A DNA stretch of 64,000 bases from Chrysonvirus as5. Lineage: Duplodnaviria > Heunggongvirae > Uroviricota > Caudoviricetes > Straboviridae. Below the pieces are notes generated by a model, which was not told where the DNA came from, did not search any database, and was given only the letters and a program-made list of their open reading frames with translations. Within the stretch, counting starts at the first letter, position 1, and each line of letters opens with the position of its first letter. Of this stretch, positions 19,124 through 28,467 are shown in pieces. The position numbers and the translations under genes were made by a program. The DNA lies in the IMG/VR virus record IMGVR_UViG_650627007_000001, positions 107,172-171,171 of that record. The stretch is one strand, 5' to 3'.

Positions 19124-19381
19124 TCATTCCTCACATTGAGATAGAATTTTAAAACCTCTCTGACGCAGAGCTTCCCGCATATCAGAAAATGCTTGAAATT
19201 TGGACTCGGAAGTAATCATATACTTATCAGTTTCGATATCGTTGATATCCAACTCAGGAAACGCTTCATGAAACCGACGCAGTGCCACAGTGGAAGAGTG
19301 AGCTGCCATGCCATCGATGTTAGATGATACGAAAGCCAGCTTACGTTTGTGATTCACGAAAGTGCGAATTTGATGTTCCAT
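19124..19381 (-). CDS. hypothetical protein (86 aa)
   Basis: ORF trimmed to MEHQIRTF after GAGGAACACATC leader. Confidence 0.5.
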   Translation of the reverse strand: MEHQIRTFVNHKRKLAFVSSNIDGMAAHSSTVALRRFHEAFPELDINDIETDKYMITSESKFQAFSDMREALRQRGFKILSQCEE

Positions 19382-19407
19382 GATGTGTTCCTCAGTTGTT
19401 TTGTTTC

Positions 19408-19444
19408 GATGTGGACATCCTATCAGGTCTAATCCATGTGTCAA
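19408..19444 (-). promoter_or_regulatory. PeSL-like early promoter cassette
   Basis: TTGACA-16nt-TAGGAT, gtccacatcgaaacaaaac leader. Confidence 0.5.
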
Positions 19445-19463
19445 CTACTTTTTGAAAATAAAA

Positions 19464-19481
19464 ATCCGCCCGAAGGCGGAT
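19464..19481 (-). terminator. rho-independent terminator after nrdB
   Basis: atccgcc-cgaa-ggcggat hairpin then TTTTTATTTTC on the minus strand. Confidence 0.6.
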
Positions 19482-19484
19482 TAG

Positions 19485-20615
19485 TTAAACTTCTAGTTCT
19501 TCGAAGAACTCGGCATCCAGCGTCGGGTCAACTTGACCAACGAGATAGCTAGACAACTCGGCTTCCTGTGCTGCTACTTGAACACTTTCACTATTCAGCC
19601 ACTTGCGAATCCACGGCAGAGGATGCTTGCTTGGAACGTTAAGCTCTTCTGGAATAGGCAGACCAGCTGACTGCATACGGCTCGCAGTCAGATAATCGAT
19701 ATAGTCCAGCATAGATTGCAGACTAAGACTAGGGATAGAAACTCGACTCAACAGATCACGCGCCCATTCTTTTTCTTGTTCGGCAGCGTCCAGAAAAATC
19801 TGAACAGCCTTTGACTCAAGACGTTTAGCAATATCAACCATTTCTGGGTCATCTTCGCCGTTTTGCCAAGTGCGAATTTGATACTGGGTGCCTTTGAGGT
19901 GCAATTGTTCATCACGCGCAATCAGTTTCATGATCTTAGCGTTGCCTTCCATCAAACCGCGTTCGGCAAACGAGAAGGTGCAGGCGAAGCTTACATAAAA
20001 ACGAATCGCTTCCAAAGCGTTTACCGCGTGTTTGGCGAGATACAGAGCTTCTTTTACTTTAGTCAGTTGTTGAACTTGCAGACCAGCCGGGAATACTTGA
20101 CAGCACAACATATCATAGGTGCGTTTCTCGCGAATCAGATCGTCGTAATACTGAGTCACGGCAGTGGCGCGTTTCATGATCTTTTCATCGAGCATGATCC
20201 TATCAAACACTTCGGTCGGATTCACATACAGATTCCGCATGATGTGAGTATACGAACGGCTGTGAATCGTTTCACTAAAGCTCCAAGTAGTGATCCAAGT
20301 CTCCAGCGCGATGTCTGACACCATTGGCAAGAAAGTCAAGTTAGGTGCGCGACCCTGAACAGAATCAAGCAGACTTTGATATTTCAAGTTTTGAGTGAAC
20401 ACATATTGTTCGGCTTCTGTCAAGCGACTGAAATCAATCATGTCCTTAGACAAATCGACTTCTTCGGGGCGCCAGAAAAATGAGAGCTGTTTCTCGGTAA
20501 GCTTGTCAATGACAGGATGCTTCACAGTTTCATAACGAGCGAGACCCATCGCATCACCAAGATACATCGGAGCCTTCATATGGTCAACTACATTTTTGTT
20601 AAATACGGTATCCAA
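19485..20615 (-). CDS. nrdB: ribonucleotide reductase beta subunit NrdB
   Basis: 376 aa collinear with E. coli/T4 NrdB (FFWRPEEV, SETIHSRSYTHI, ALEAIRFYVSFA). Apparent TTG start (TTG GAT ACC GTA = MDTV), with AAAGGAAC 9 nt upstream. Confidence 0.9.
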   Translation of the reverse strand: MDTVFNKNVVDHMKAPMYLGDAMGLARYETVKHPVIDKLTEKQLSFFWRPEEVDLSKDMIDFSRLTEAEQYVFTQNLKYQSLLDSVQGRAPNLTFLPMVSDIALETWITTWSFSETIHSRSYTHIMRNLYVNPTEVFDRIMLDEKIMKRATAVTQYYDDLIREKRTYDMLCCQVFPAGLQVQQLTKVKEALYLAKHAVNALEAIRFYVSFACTFSFAERGLMEGNAKIMKLIARDEQLHLKGTQYQIRTWQNGEDDPEMVDIAKRLESKAVQIFLDAAEQEKEWARDLLSRVSIPSLSLQSMLDYIDYLTASRMQSAGLPIPEELNVPSKHPLPWIRKWLNSESVQVAAQEAELSSYLVGQVDPTLDAEFFEELEV

Positions 20616-20661
20616 TTTTTTTGTTCCTTTTGATAAGGGGCCGTAGCCCCTTTGTTAAACG

Positions 20662-22896
20662 TTAGACTTTGCAAGTGTCACAGGAAGAATCGGTTTCTTC
20701 GGTACCATCAGCGCCATCGTGGAGATTAGAATAGTACAGCGATTTAACGCCATATTTTTGCGCTCTACTCATATCTTTCAGAACGACTTTCATCGGCAGC
20801 TTATCACCCGGATAAATCGACGGGACGTAATAAGTGTTTGCACTGATCATCTGATCCACAAACTTCTGCATGATAGCGACAATATCGAGGTAACCCTTCA
20901 TGCCACGTTTAGCCATCGCCCAAGCGGTTTCATACTCGCTACCAAGCATTTCTACCTCTGGCACTAGCTGATTAAACACACCATCTTTCGATTGCTTGGT
21001 GCTCACTAGGCCACGCGGTGGCTCGATACCGTTTGTGCTGTTGGTAATTTGGCTAGAACTTTCACACGGCATAAACGCGCTCAGTGTGTCATTGCGCATA
21101 CCGTACTTTTTAATCTCGCCACGTAGCCATTCCCAATCCATTTTCAGATCATTAGGAACGATGCTGTCAACGTTTTTGTTATACCAATCAATCGGCAGAA
21201 GACCATCAGCCCACTTAGTCTTGTGATGCCATTCGCTCGCGCCACGTTCTTTAGCAAGTTCCATACTAGCAACGATGTTAGCAAACTGCATCATTTCCAT
21301 AGTGCGATGAACAAGTTTGTTCGCGCTGCCATCAGAATACTTAACAAAGTTCTTGGCAAGGAAATAAGCAAAGTTTGTTACACCGATACCGAGTGCGCGA
21401 CGCTTCTTGGCAGCTAGTGCTTGAACAACTGGATACTCTTGATAATCAAGCAGATTGTCCAACGCTCGAACGGCGGCACGTGCTACGTTCAAGAAGTCGT
21501 TATATCCTTCAATCGCTCCCAGATTGTACGCTGCTAGGGTGCAAAGTGCAATCTCACCAGTGCCGTCACGATGAACGGGATAGGTAGGTAGTGCGATTTC
21601 AATACACAGGTTAGACTGACGAATAGGCTCTTTGTACGGAGTCGCGCTGTTTACGTTGTCGATGAACATCGGATAGATTCGACCGGTGCCGCTTCGCTCT
21701 TGAGCAAACAGGTTGAACAACTCAGAAGCCTTGATACGTTTCTTGATAAGGAACGGCTCATTCTCCAGCATTTCGTATAGCTCGCGGAACTTCACGGGGT
21801 CGCTATAATACAGATCGTAAAGCTCGCCTTTCTGAACGTCTGGACTGAACAAGGTAATATAGTCGTCGTTTTTCAACCGTTCTAACATCAGCTTATTGAT
21901 TTGGATACCGTAGTCAAGATGTCGGATTCGGTTTTCTTCAACGCCCTTGTTATTCTTGAGCACAAGGATTTTTTCAACTTCGAGGTGCCACATTGGGTAA
22001 TATAGAGTTGCGGCACCGCCGCGAACACCACCCTGTGAACAGCTCTTTACCGCAGTCTGGAAGTATTTCCAAAATGGGATAATACCGGTATGTCGCACTT
22101 CACCGCTACGAATGCGAGATCCCTCGGCACGAATCGCACCGCCGTTGATGCCGATACCAGCGCGTTTGCTGATATAGTCAACGATAGAACTAGCGGTAGC
22201 GTTGATGCTATCCAGTTCGTCTCCACATTCGATCTTGACACAAGAGCTAAACTGCCGAGTCGGGGTGCGAACACCTGCGAGAATCGGAGTTGGCAGACTC
22301 AGCTTGCCAAGCGATGTTACGTCATAGAAGTTTTTGACTTTTTGCAGTCTATCTGTTTTTTCTTCTTGATGCAAGCACATTGCAACAAGCATATACAGCA
22401 TTTGCGGAGTTTCGAACACTTCTCCAGTGCTGCGATCTTTCGCTAGGTATTTCTCTTTGAACTGCATTACGCCAGCATAAGCCAGATTGAAATCTCGATC
22501 ATGCTTGATGTAAGCATTCAGCTCCTCAAACTCTTCATCTGTCCATTTGGAGCACAGTTCTGGGTCATATTTCCCGTCCATGACGAGATCCATAACGTGC
22601 GGTTTCAGATGAATCGGGTCAAACTGATTGTAAACTTGCTTGCGCAATGCATACATTTGCAGTCGAGCGGCTACATACTGATAATCAGATTGTTCGATGG
22701 AGATACGGTCAGCGGCGAACTTGATAGCGATCTCTTGGATTCGCTTAGTGCTCATACCTTCGGTGATAGAAGGCATAATACCGTCTAGAATTTCTTTGGG
22801 GCTAATGCGAGTCCCTTCTGTTGCAAAACTCAGAATTTTAAACAGCTTGCCTACGGTGAATTCTTCGGTAATTCCGCTTGATTTTCTTACTAACAT
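20662..22896 (-). CDS. nrdA: ribonucleotide reductase alpha subunit NrdA
   Basis: 744 aa; class Ia large-subunit motifs and C-terminal CDTCKV-like tail. Confidence 0.9.
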   Translation of the reverse strand: MLVRKSSGITEEFTVGKLFKILSFATEGTRISPKEILDGIMPSITEGMSTKRIQEIAIKFAADRISIEQSDYQYVAARLQMYALRKQVYNQFDPIHLKPHVMDLVMDGKYDPELCSKWTDEEFEELNAYIKHDRDFNLAYAGVMQFKEKYLAKDRSTGEVFETPQMLYMLVAMCLHQEEKTDRLQKVKNFYDVTSLGKLSLPTPILAGVRTPTRQFSSCVKIECGDELDSINATASSIVDYISKRAGIGINGGAIRAEGSRIRSGEVRHTGIIPFWKYFQTAVKSCSQGGVRGGAATLYYPMWHLEVEKILVLKNNKGVEENRIRHLDYGIQINKLMLERLKNDDYITLFSPDVQKGELYDLYYSDPVKFRELYEMLENEPFLIKKRIKASELFNLFAQERSGTGRIYPMFIDNVNSATPYKEPIRQSNLCIEIALPTYPVHRDGTGEIALCTLAAYNLGAIEGYNDFLNVARAAVRALDNLLDYQEYPVVQALAAKKRRALGIGVTNFAYFLAKNFVKYSDGSANKLVHRTMEMMQFANIVASMELAKERGASEWHHKTKWADGLLPIDWYNKNVDSIVPNDLKMDWEWLRGEIKKYGMRNDTLSAFMPCESSSQITNSTNGIEPPRGLVSTKQSKDGVFNQLVPEVEMLGSEYETAWAMAKRGMKGYLDIVAIMQKFVDQMISANTYYVPSIYPGDKLPMKVVLKDMSRAQKYGVKSLYYSNLHDGADGTEETDSSCDTCKV

Positions 22897-22986
22897 GTTA
22901 CCTCGTTGTGTTGGTGGAGAGGATGTTGGTATTATACATTGATCTGAGTCAATGTAAACTGATTACATCTTTAAGAGAAAGAAAAA

Positions 22987-23002
22987 TCCCGCCTTAGCGG
23001 GA
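22987..23002 (-). terminator. rho-independent terminator
   Basis: tcccgc-ctta-gcggga then TTTTTCTTTC on the minus strand. Confidence 0.6.
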
Positions 23003-23009
23003 CTCTTAT

Positions 23010-23474
23010 TTAGAATTGATCGTATTTGTTCTTGACAAATGTCATGACGTTAAGCCAATAACGGGCTAGTTCAACGCGAGCCTCGTAATATTCATCCGAA
23101 CCACGCTGCATGTATTCGCTATGATACTCGATACCACATAGCCCTTCATTCTTGACGGTAATCACACAAGATTGACTACCGCTCCAGAATTTGTAATCTT
23201 TCAGAATGTCCGGATCTCGGAGCGCACCACTCAGATCACTGTTGATCATACGACAAAGCCCGGATTTCACTTGCTCGCGAGTGTATTCTTTGTTAGCAAC
23301 TCGGCACAGTGTCCGCATATCGATTTCATATTTCTTTTTGTTCTCAATCAGAAACATCAGAGTCGGGTAATACTTTACCAGATCCGAGTTATCCAAGAAA
23401 TGAGCACGAATACGCTTGCTCTTTGGCATGAAAACGGTTGAGATTGCTAAACTAACGATTTCACGAACACTCAT
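23010..23474 (-). CDS. hypothetical protein, paralog family member 1 (YKFWSG..ELARYW)
   Basis: 154 aa; shares GYKFWSG and Y(W/Y)EAR(L/V)ELAR(H/Y)W motifs with next two genes. Confidence 0.5.
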   Translation of the reverse strand: MSVREIVSLAISTVFMPKSKRIRAHFLDNSDLVKYYPTLMFLIENKKKYEIDMRTLCRVANKEYTREQVKSGLCRMINSDLSGALRDPDILKDYKFWSGSQSCVITVKNEGLCGIEYHSEYMQRGSDEYYEARVELARYWLNVMTFVKNKYDQF

Positions 23475-23531
23475 GATTATTTCCTCAATAGTTGGTGTGA
23501 GTATAATATCACACCAACATTAGATTACAAC

Positions 23532-23933
23532 TTATTTCTTGCTAGATTCGATAACGCCGTCGATATAACGGATCCAGTGACGAGCCAGTTCCAGACGCGC
23601 TTCCCAGTATTGATCGCGGAATTCTTTATCACCAGCGCAACGGGCTTCCAGTTTAAACTGATTGATTGCCTCGTTTACGTAATCCATTTCGGCAATACCA
23701 GCTTCGGTAGTTTCACCGATATAGATTGAATAGCCTTTCTGACCACTCCAGAACTTGTAGCCGCGAAGGACTTCTTCGCTATTCAAACGCGGACGAATCG
23801 GGAGACTGTCAATCTCAATAACAGTACACAGACCTTGACTGCAATCCTTGCGGCTGATATTGCCGTCCAGAACATCTTGCAGAGTATCGCGTACAGTGTG
23901 ATAAGTTTTGGAGTGATCGATGTAGTTAGTCAT
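23532..23933 (-). CDS. hypothetical protein, paralog family member 2
   Basis: trimmed to MTNYIDHS; C-terminus YWEARLELARHWIRYID identical to member 3. Confidence 0.55.
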   Translation of the reverse strand: MTNYIDHSKTYHTVRDTLQDVLDGNISRKDCSQGLCTVIEIDSLPIRPRLNSEEVLRGYKFWSGQKGYSIYIGETTEAGIAEMDYVNEAINQFKLEARCAGDKEFRDQYWEARLELARHWIRYIDGVIESSKK

Positions 23934-23953
23934 AACATTTTCCTCAGTTGTTT

Positions 23954-23990
23954 GATGTAGCCATATTAGCAGGATGAAATCTGGTGTCAA
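23954..23990 (-). promoter_or_regulatory. PeSL-like early promoter cassette
   Basis: TTGACA-17nt-TAATAT, ggctacatc..aacaactgaggaaaat leader. Confidence 0.5.
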
Positions 23991-24404
23991 TCACATTTCG
24001 CTAAGTTTTTTGGTTTCGTCGATATAACGGATCCAGTGACGAGCCAGTTCCAGACGCGCTTCCCAGTATTCGTCATTGTCGCCAACATATTGCTCATTTT
24101 CGTATTGAGCAACGGCACGACTCAGATACATATGGCGATCTTGTTTCAGTGCTTCGCGGTCGATTTCACCAACATAGATGATATAACCGACTTTACCGCT
24201 CCAGTGTTTGTAGCCTTCCAGGACTTTCGGAGTAGCGAGATCCACGCCAAATTCATTGGTAGCGATAAGATCACACAGACCTTTCTTGCACTCTTCGCGG
24301 GTGATTTCACCTTGCAGAACTTTTTGCAGAGTGAGACGCATTTGATCGTAAACGCCTTTGAATTCGCGATAGCTTTGAATGCGGTTAAACAGATCGATAT
24401 TCAT
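23991..24404 (-). CDS. hypothetical protein, paralog family member 3
   Basis: 137 aa; GAGGAA RBS; 54-nt stretch identical to member 2. Confidence 0.55.
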   Translation of the reverse strand: MNIDLFNRIQSYREFKGVYDQMRLTLQKVLQGEITREECKKGLCDLIATNEFGVDLATPKVLEGYKHWSGKVGYIIYVGEIDREALKQDRHMYLSRAVAQYENEQYVGDNDEYWEARLELARHWIRYIDETKKLSEM

Positions 24405-24445
24405 AACAATTTCCTCTGGTTTTGATTGTGTTCTAAAACAATAAA

Positions 24446-24477
24446 GCCAGTCTACGTGAGACTGGCTTAGGTGTCAA
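24446..24477 (-). terminator. terminator hairpin after gene 49 that also embeds a promoter -10 (TTGACA..TAGACT)
   Basis: gccagtc-tacgtga-gactggc then TTTATTGTTTT; TTGACA 17 nt upstream of TAGACT inside the stem. Confidence 0.45.
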
Positions 24478-24478
24478 A

Positions 24479-24964
24479 TCAATTATGAAGTTTTTTCATA
24501 AATTTTGGTAGTTCTTTGTTGAATGCCTTACACAGATCAGCTTTGGTCATACCGTCATTGTACGCGAACCCGTATTTTTGCATTTCGGCGATCATGGCTA
24601 GCTTGTCTTGACGAGCAAAACGCTTTTTCAAGTCAGGCACAAGTTTCGGGTGAATGTCGTTTGTGCTGCTATCGCGCTTGAGATACGCTAAGAGCGATTC
24701 CAGATAGTCTATGTAATCAATCCCACGACTTGCTAGTCCGGAGCGCATAAACTCGTGTCTAGTGCGTCCCTCGGAGCCGTTACATAGATTGCACAGCAGA
24801 CCACGAACACGCCCGGCATTTGTACCGTCCAATTCGTGATCGTGGTCTAAGTGATTCTTGTTGATTTCTGGGTCAAGTTCACGCTTGCAGATCGGACAAA
24901 TCCCGTTTTGCTCATGATAGAGTTTTTCTTTTGCGGTATCGTAAGTTTTTGGTGTTAGCAGCAT
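24479..24964 (-). CDS. 49: endonuclease VII (Holliday junction resolvase) gp49
   Basis: 161 aa; MLLTPKTY..QNGICPICKREL..NHLDHDHEL..GLLCNLCN nearly collinear with T4 endo VII. Confidence 0.9.
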   Translation of the reverse strand: MLLTPKTYDTAKEKLYHEQNGICPICKRELDPEINKNHLDHDHELDGTNAGRVRGLLCNLCNGSEGRTRHEFMRSGLASRGIDYIDYLESLLAYLKRDSSTNDIHPKLVPDLKKRFARQDKLAMIAEMQKYGFAYNDGMTKADLCKAFNKELPKFMKKLHN

Positions 24965-25004
24965 GATAGAGTCATTCCATAGTTAATGTCATGACTCTAT
25001 TTAG

Positions 25005-25565
25005 TTAGATCTGATATTTCAGTTTTGCCTGAGATTTAACATTAACTCGTTTAAACCAACCGTTTTCATGTCGATACCAGTCATAGCGTTGATCCATAAC
25101 GTAAATGCGGCCATAATCGTCGTGAAACATCATAGCATTAGCCATGGCATTACTAGCGGTAGAACTGTAGCTCATAACATCTTCCGCGTAAGTGAAACCA
25201 TAGACAAACGTCATAAATCGAACATCAACGCGCTGGGGTTTTTCGTTTTCTTTCAGAACGTGAAGAACGAAAGGTCTACCAACTGCGATCTCACGAACAA
25301 CAGGTACCTCAGTTCGTTTATACAGCACACCGTTTTCGATAGTGATGCCAGTGCCGAATGTATAGTCATCAGTGAACCACTTATCACCAACAACATGATG
25401 CATTAAACATTCTACCGTCATGTCTCTATAACGGAATTTCAGACGCATAACACCGCGTTCTGGATCGAAGCTTACCAAAGTCATAACTTGACCGCTGATA
25501 CTTGCTTGTGTACCGACTTCGAATTTTACTTTAGCTGGTGTTTCATCTGCTTCTATGACGAACAT
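25005..25565 (-). CDS. hypothetical protein (186 aa)
   Basis: ORF; C-terminal similarity to next gene (GR.Y...Y...NG.F.R). Confidence 0.5.
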   Translation of the reverse strand: MFVIEADETPAKVKFEVGTQASISGQVMTLVSFDPERGVMRLKFRYRDMTVECLMHHVVGDKWFTDDYTFGTGITIENGVLYKRTEVPVVREIAVGRPFVLHVLKENEKPQRVDVRFMTFVYGFTYAEDVMSYSSTASNAMANAMMFHDDYGRIYVMDQRYDWYRHENGWFKRVNVKSQAKLKYQI

Positions 25566-26119
25566 TATTCAAATCTCCAATTCAAGTCTTGTTCCAAACG
25601 AACAAATTCACCATTTCGGTTTGTGTAAAGTTGAGTCGCTTGGTAGTCGTCGTCCTCAACATAAACAGCATAATAGGACCTGCCCAAATCGTCAAGCAAA
25701 ACCATACACGGATCATCTTGAGTTGAGCTAAATGTCACATGATCAACATCGATTTCGTTGTTTTTCCAGTGCATGGTGATAGCGGTTTGTGCGATAGCAC
25801 GTACCCATATCTGTTTACCATCAATTGGAATCTGAACTTCGTTGCCAGGCAAAATGGAGCTCGTATCGGCAAAATACAGTTTTCCATTCTCCATGCTGTA
25901 ATCAGACATCGTACTGAGATACATTCTAGGCGATTTGCACTTGTCCATAGTGCTGTACCATCTGCCACACTCTGCATATGCCAGCTCGATTCGTGCGATA
26001 CTGGAAACAGTTATTACGATTCGGTCAGTCAAGATCTCGGTAAGAGTACCGATCAAACCCTTAACTTTCACAGTGCTGCCAATTTCAACTTCTCGTTTTT
26101 CACAATCATAACAAAACAT
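25565..26119 (-). CDS. hypothetical protein (184 aa), paralog of preceding
   Basis: ORF with ATGA-type coupling. Confidence 0.5.
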   Translation of the reverse strand: MFCYDCEKREVEIGSTVKVKGLIGTLTEILTDRIVITVSSIARIELAYAECGRWYSTMDKCKSPRMYLSTMSDYSMENGKLYFADTSSILPGNEVQIPIDGKQIWVRAIAQTAITMHWKNNEIDVDHVTFSSTQDDPCMVLLDDLGRSYYAVYVEDDDYQATQLYTNRNGEFVRLEQDLNWRFE

Positions 26120-26436
26120 TATGATTCACTCCATGCATAGCCGTTAATGGTACAATCGAATGCTATCTGATTCGAAACATTCAAGTCAACAACTTTTATT
26201 GTTCCGAATGCTTCGAAAACATAGAACAGTCGGCGGCTTGTGGTTTCAACAACATAAGCACGATTTCCGCGAGTTGCATCAGGAATAAGAACAAATTCGC
26301 CGAATCGTTGCATGATTCCCTCAATCATTCTTACTGTGCCTTTATAGTACCGATTACCGGTGTCATGGTCGCATACACAGAAATCAATGATTTTATTAAG
26401 GCTCAGATAATCCGGCCCACCAATACGCTTAATCAT
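26119..26436 (-). CDS. hypothetical protein
   Basis: trimmed to MIKRIGG (ATGA overlap with upstream stop). Confidence 0.4.
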   Translation of the reverse strand: MIKRIGGPDYLSLNKIIDFCVCDHDTGNRYYKGTVRMIEGIMQRFGEFVLIPDATRGNRAYVVETTSRRLFYVFEAFGTIKVVDLNVSNQIAFDCTINGYAWSES

Positions 26437-26978
26437 GCTCTGTATCCTTCGATTGTGCAAATGTGGGTATTGTTGATCCACATACGCTGATTTGCGTCCG
26501 GCTCTACAAAATAGAGTGTTTGATTGCAACCAATGATAACACGTTCAACCGCGTTTGCAATAACCACGATTGCATTTTTCGCGGCTTTGTTGTTGAAAGT
26601 GATCTCGCCTTTCTTGATGTCATAAGAGCCAACAGCAGCAACAACACCTTGGTGATCTTTGCCTTCAACACGGAATTTGATTTGCTCACCGGCTCGAATC
26701 GGCTCTCTTACACCGAAGTCATACATGTTACCGAAACTGCTACCATAACGAGAGTTCATACCGCTACCACGACAGAATCCCATACCCATATCATAGCGAT
26801 ACCGATACGATTTGCCATGATCTTGGAAGAATTCCATGTTGATAACTGTGCCGTCTTCGATATCGATAACAACGACTTTCTTGCCTTCGATGCTTTGAAT
26901 CTGAACAACGCGATCCTTGCAAAACAAGAATTTATCGCCGACATTCAGACGTTTTACATCATTTACCTTAACAATCAT
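26433..26978 (-). CDS. hypothetical protein (181 aa)
   Basis: ORF. Confidence 0.5.
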   Translation of the reverse strand: MIVKVNDVKRLNVGDKFLFCKDRVVQIQSIEGKKVVVIDIEDGTVINMEFFQDHGKSYRYRYDMGMGFCRGSGMNSRYGSSFGNMYDFGVREPIRAGEQIKFRVEGKDHQGVVAAVGSYDIKKGEITFNNKAAKNAIVVIANAVERVIIGCNQTLYFVEPDANQRMWINNTHICTIEGYRA

Positions 26979-26980
26979 AA

Positions 26981-27157
26981 TTAACCTCTATTGATTTTCA
27001 TTTCACGTTTGAGCCGTTCGATACGCTGCTTAACAGCAATACCGTCAGGAGTACACACAGAAGCACCAGACGCGGTATGAATCTGCATAGCATACGCATT
27101 GATCTTGATCATCGGTTTGTACTTCATGCGATTCAGTAGACGTTTAAAAATGTTCAT
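26981..27157 (-). CDS. hypothetical small protein (58 aa)
   Basis: ATG preceded by AAAGGAGAAC, own sigma70-like promoter upstream; below ORF-track cutoff. Confidence 0.4.
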   Translation of the reverse strand: MNIFKRLLNRMKYKPMIKINAYAMQIHTASGASVCTPDGIAVKQRIERLKREMKINRG

Positions 27158-27179
27158 AGTGTTCTCCTTTAATGTCTCC

Positions 27180-27207
27180 AGTATAGCTATCTGCCAATTG
27201 ATGTCAA
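27180..27207 (-). promoter_or_regulatory. sigma70-like promoter (TTGACA-16-TATACT)
   Basis: minus strand tttttacTTGACAtcaattggcagatagcTATACTgga upstream of the 58-aa ORF. Confidence 0.45.
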
Positions 27208-27338
27208 GTAAAAAGTCGAAGACCGCGAGCGAAGCGAGCTAGAAAGACAAAATAAAATGTCTTATATATCTTATATGAGAATTTACTTTGTCTTTTTCTT
27301 ATAATTCAACGAGTTAGCGGCTACGCCGCAATCTTCGA

Positions 27339-27800
27339 TTAGTAACGAAGTGTGGTAGGTGTCAGTTCGATTGTACCATTTTCAAAATTCAACTCGATAC
27401 GATACCAGTTACCACGCTCAGTTTTGATATGGCTATCTCGGGTAACATCACAGTTCGGACTAGCCCACTGTAGTGTGTTCTTGATGCCTTGTGGTGTTCT
27501 ATCTGAACTCATTACGATCATAACGGATTTACCCAAATTGGTAATGCAGCCGCTAGATATAAAATCGGCGTCAAATTTATCCTGTGATACATTAAACGGC
27601 ATTTGCACAAAACGCGCTGGAATGACTACCAAATCGTTTCCTAGATAGACTGATATGTCTCCACTATCTATATCAAGCATCGCGTCCAACTTCGTTCCAC
27701 ACACGTAGGCGTGATATAACTCGATTACTTGATTTGCAGTCATTTCAGGACGATCTTTGTATGCCCTGAACATAGACATATTAACAATTTTAACTTTCAT
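27339..27800 (-). CDS. hypothetical protein (153 aa)
   Basis: ORF. Confidence 0.5.
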   Translation of the reverse strand: MKVKIVNMSMFRAYKDRPEMTANQVIELYHAYVCGTKLDAMLDIDSGDISVYLGNDLVVIPARFVQMPFNVSQDKFDADFISSGCITNLGKSVMIVMSSDRTPQGIKNTLQWASPNCDVTRDSHIKTERGNWYRIELNFENGTIELTPTTLRY

Positions 27801-27814
27801 TTTTTCTCCATACG

Positions 27815-27836
27815 AAAAAGGCCCCTAAGGGCCTTT
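27815..27836 (-). terminator. rho-independent terminator (A/T tracts on both sides; possibly bidirectional)
   Basis: aaaa-ggccc-ctaa-gggcc-ttt. Confidence 0.55.
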
Positions 27837-27840
27837 GGGA

Positions 27841-28056
27841 TTAGCGTACAATCTCAAGATGTAAATCGCTAATTGCATCGATGATTGTGCCGTCTTGCAG
27901 CTTGATATCATAGTAGCGATCACAAGCTTCCTGCAAGATTTCGACTTGTTCACCGTAGATCTGTGCTTGCATCAGCTTGGCAAAACCTTCTTTGCCAAAA
28001 GAGAATTCCCACTCAGATGCATCAACGATTTGCAGATTTTTGATGATTGCTTTCAT
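27841..28056 (-). CDS. hypothetical protein (71 aa)
   Basis: ORF with GAGGAAAATATC leader. Confidence 0.5.
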   Translation of the reverse strand: MKAIIKNLQIVDASEWEFSFGKEGFAKLMQAQIYGEQVEILQEACDRYYDIKLQDGTIIDAISDLHLEIVR

Positions 28057-28083
28057 GATATTTTCCTCAGTTGTTTTGTTTCA

Positions 28084-28119
28084 GTGAGGACATAATATCA
28101 TAACCAGATATTAGTGCAA
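28084..28119 (-). promoter_or_regulatory. PeSL-like early promoter cassette
   Basis: TTGCAC-17nt-TATTAT. Confidence 0.45.
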
Positions 28120-28458
28120 GTGCTTTTCGAAAAACTTACCATACAGATCTGATTTTTGATCTCGAAGAAACCGGATTTTAGCGTCCGCGTTGATCTTGAA
28201 CTCATGTTTCGGTGATTTGGCGATCACCTTGACATCGTAACCAGTCAGCACACGTTCAAAATTCACATTAGGAACTTTGATAAAATGAATGTGCTCGACA
28301 ACGCAACCATAACTCCAAACGTGTTCGGAGATTGCTTTAGTTACCATCGCGGGAATAGTGTAAATCTCTTTGACCTTAACACCCTCAATATGACCGTCTT
28401 TGATCATGTTCATGTAAACAGCCATGGACGCTTTCATGTCTTCTTTCTTGATAAACAT
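28111..28458 (-). CDS. hypothetical protein (115 aa)
   Basis: ORF. Confidence 0.5.
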   Translation of the reverse strand: MFIKKEDMKASMAVYMNMIKDGHIEGVKVKEIYTIPAMVTKAISEHVWSYGCVVEHIHFIKVPNVNFERVLTGYDVKVIAKSPKHEFKINADAKIRFLRDQKSDLYGKFFEKHLH

Positions 28459-28467
28459 AATATTTCC

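Noticed and set aside
22929-22952. Possible sigma70 promoter upstream of nrdA (TTGACT .. TAATAC)
   Set aside because: Spacing between the candidate -35 and -10 is only ~12 nt. Expression is more likely from a MotA-dependent middle promoter or read-through. Not annotated.
27170-27338. 170-nt non-coding gap considered as a possible small RNA or tRNA
   Set aside because: There is no cloverleaf-compatible structure. It is better explained as a sigma70-like promoter (TTGACA-16-TATACT) plus leader for the 58-aa ORF at 26981..27157, and 3'UTR of the upstream gene.
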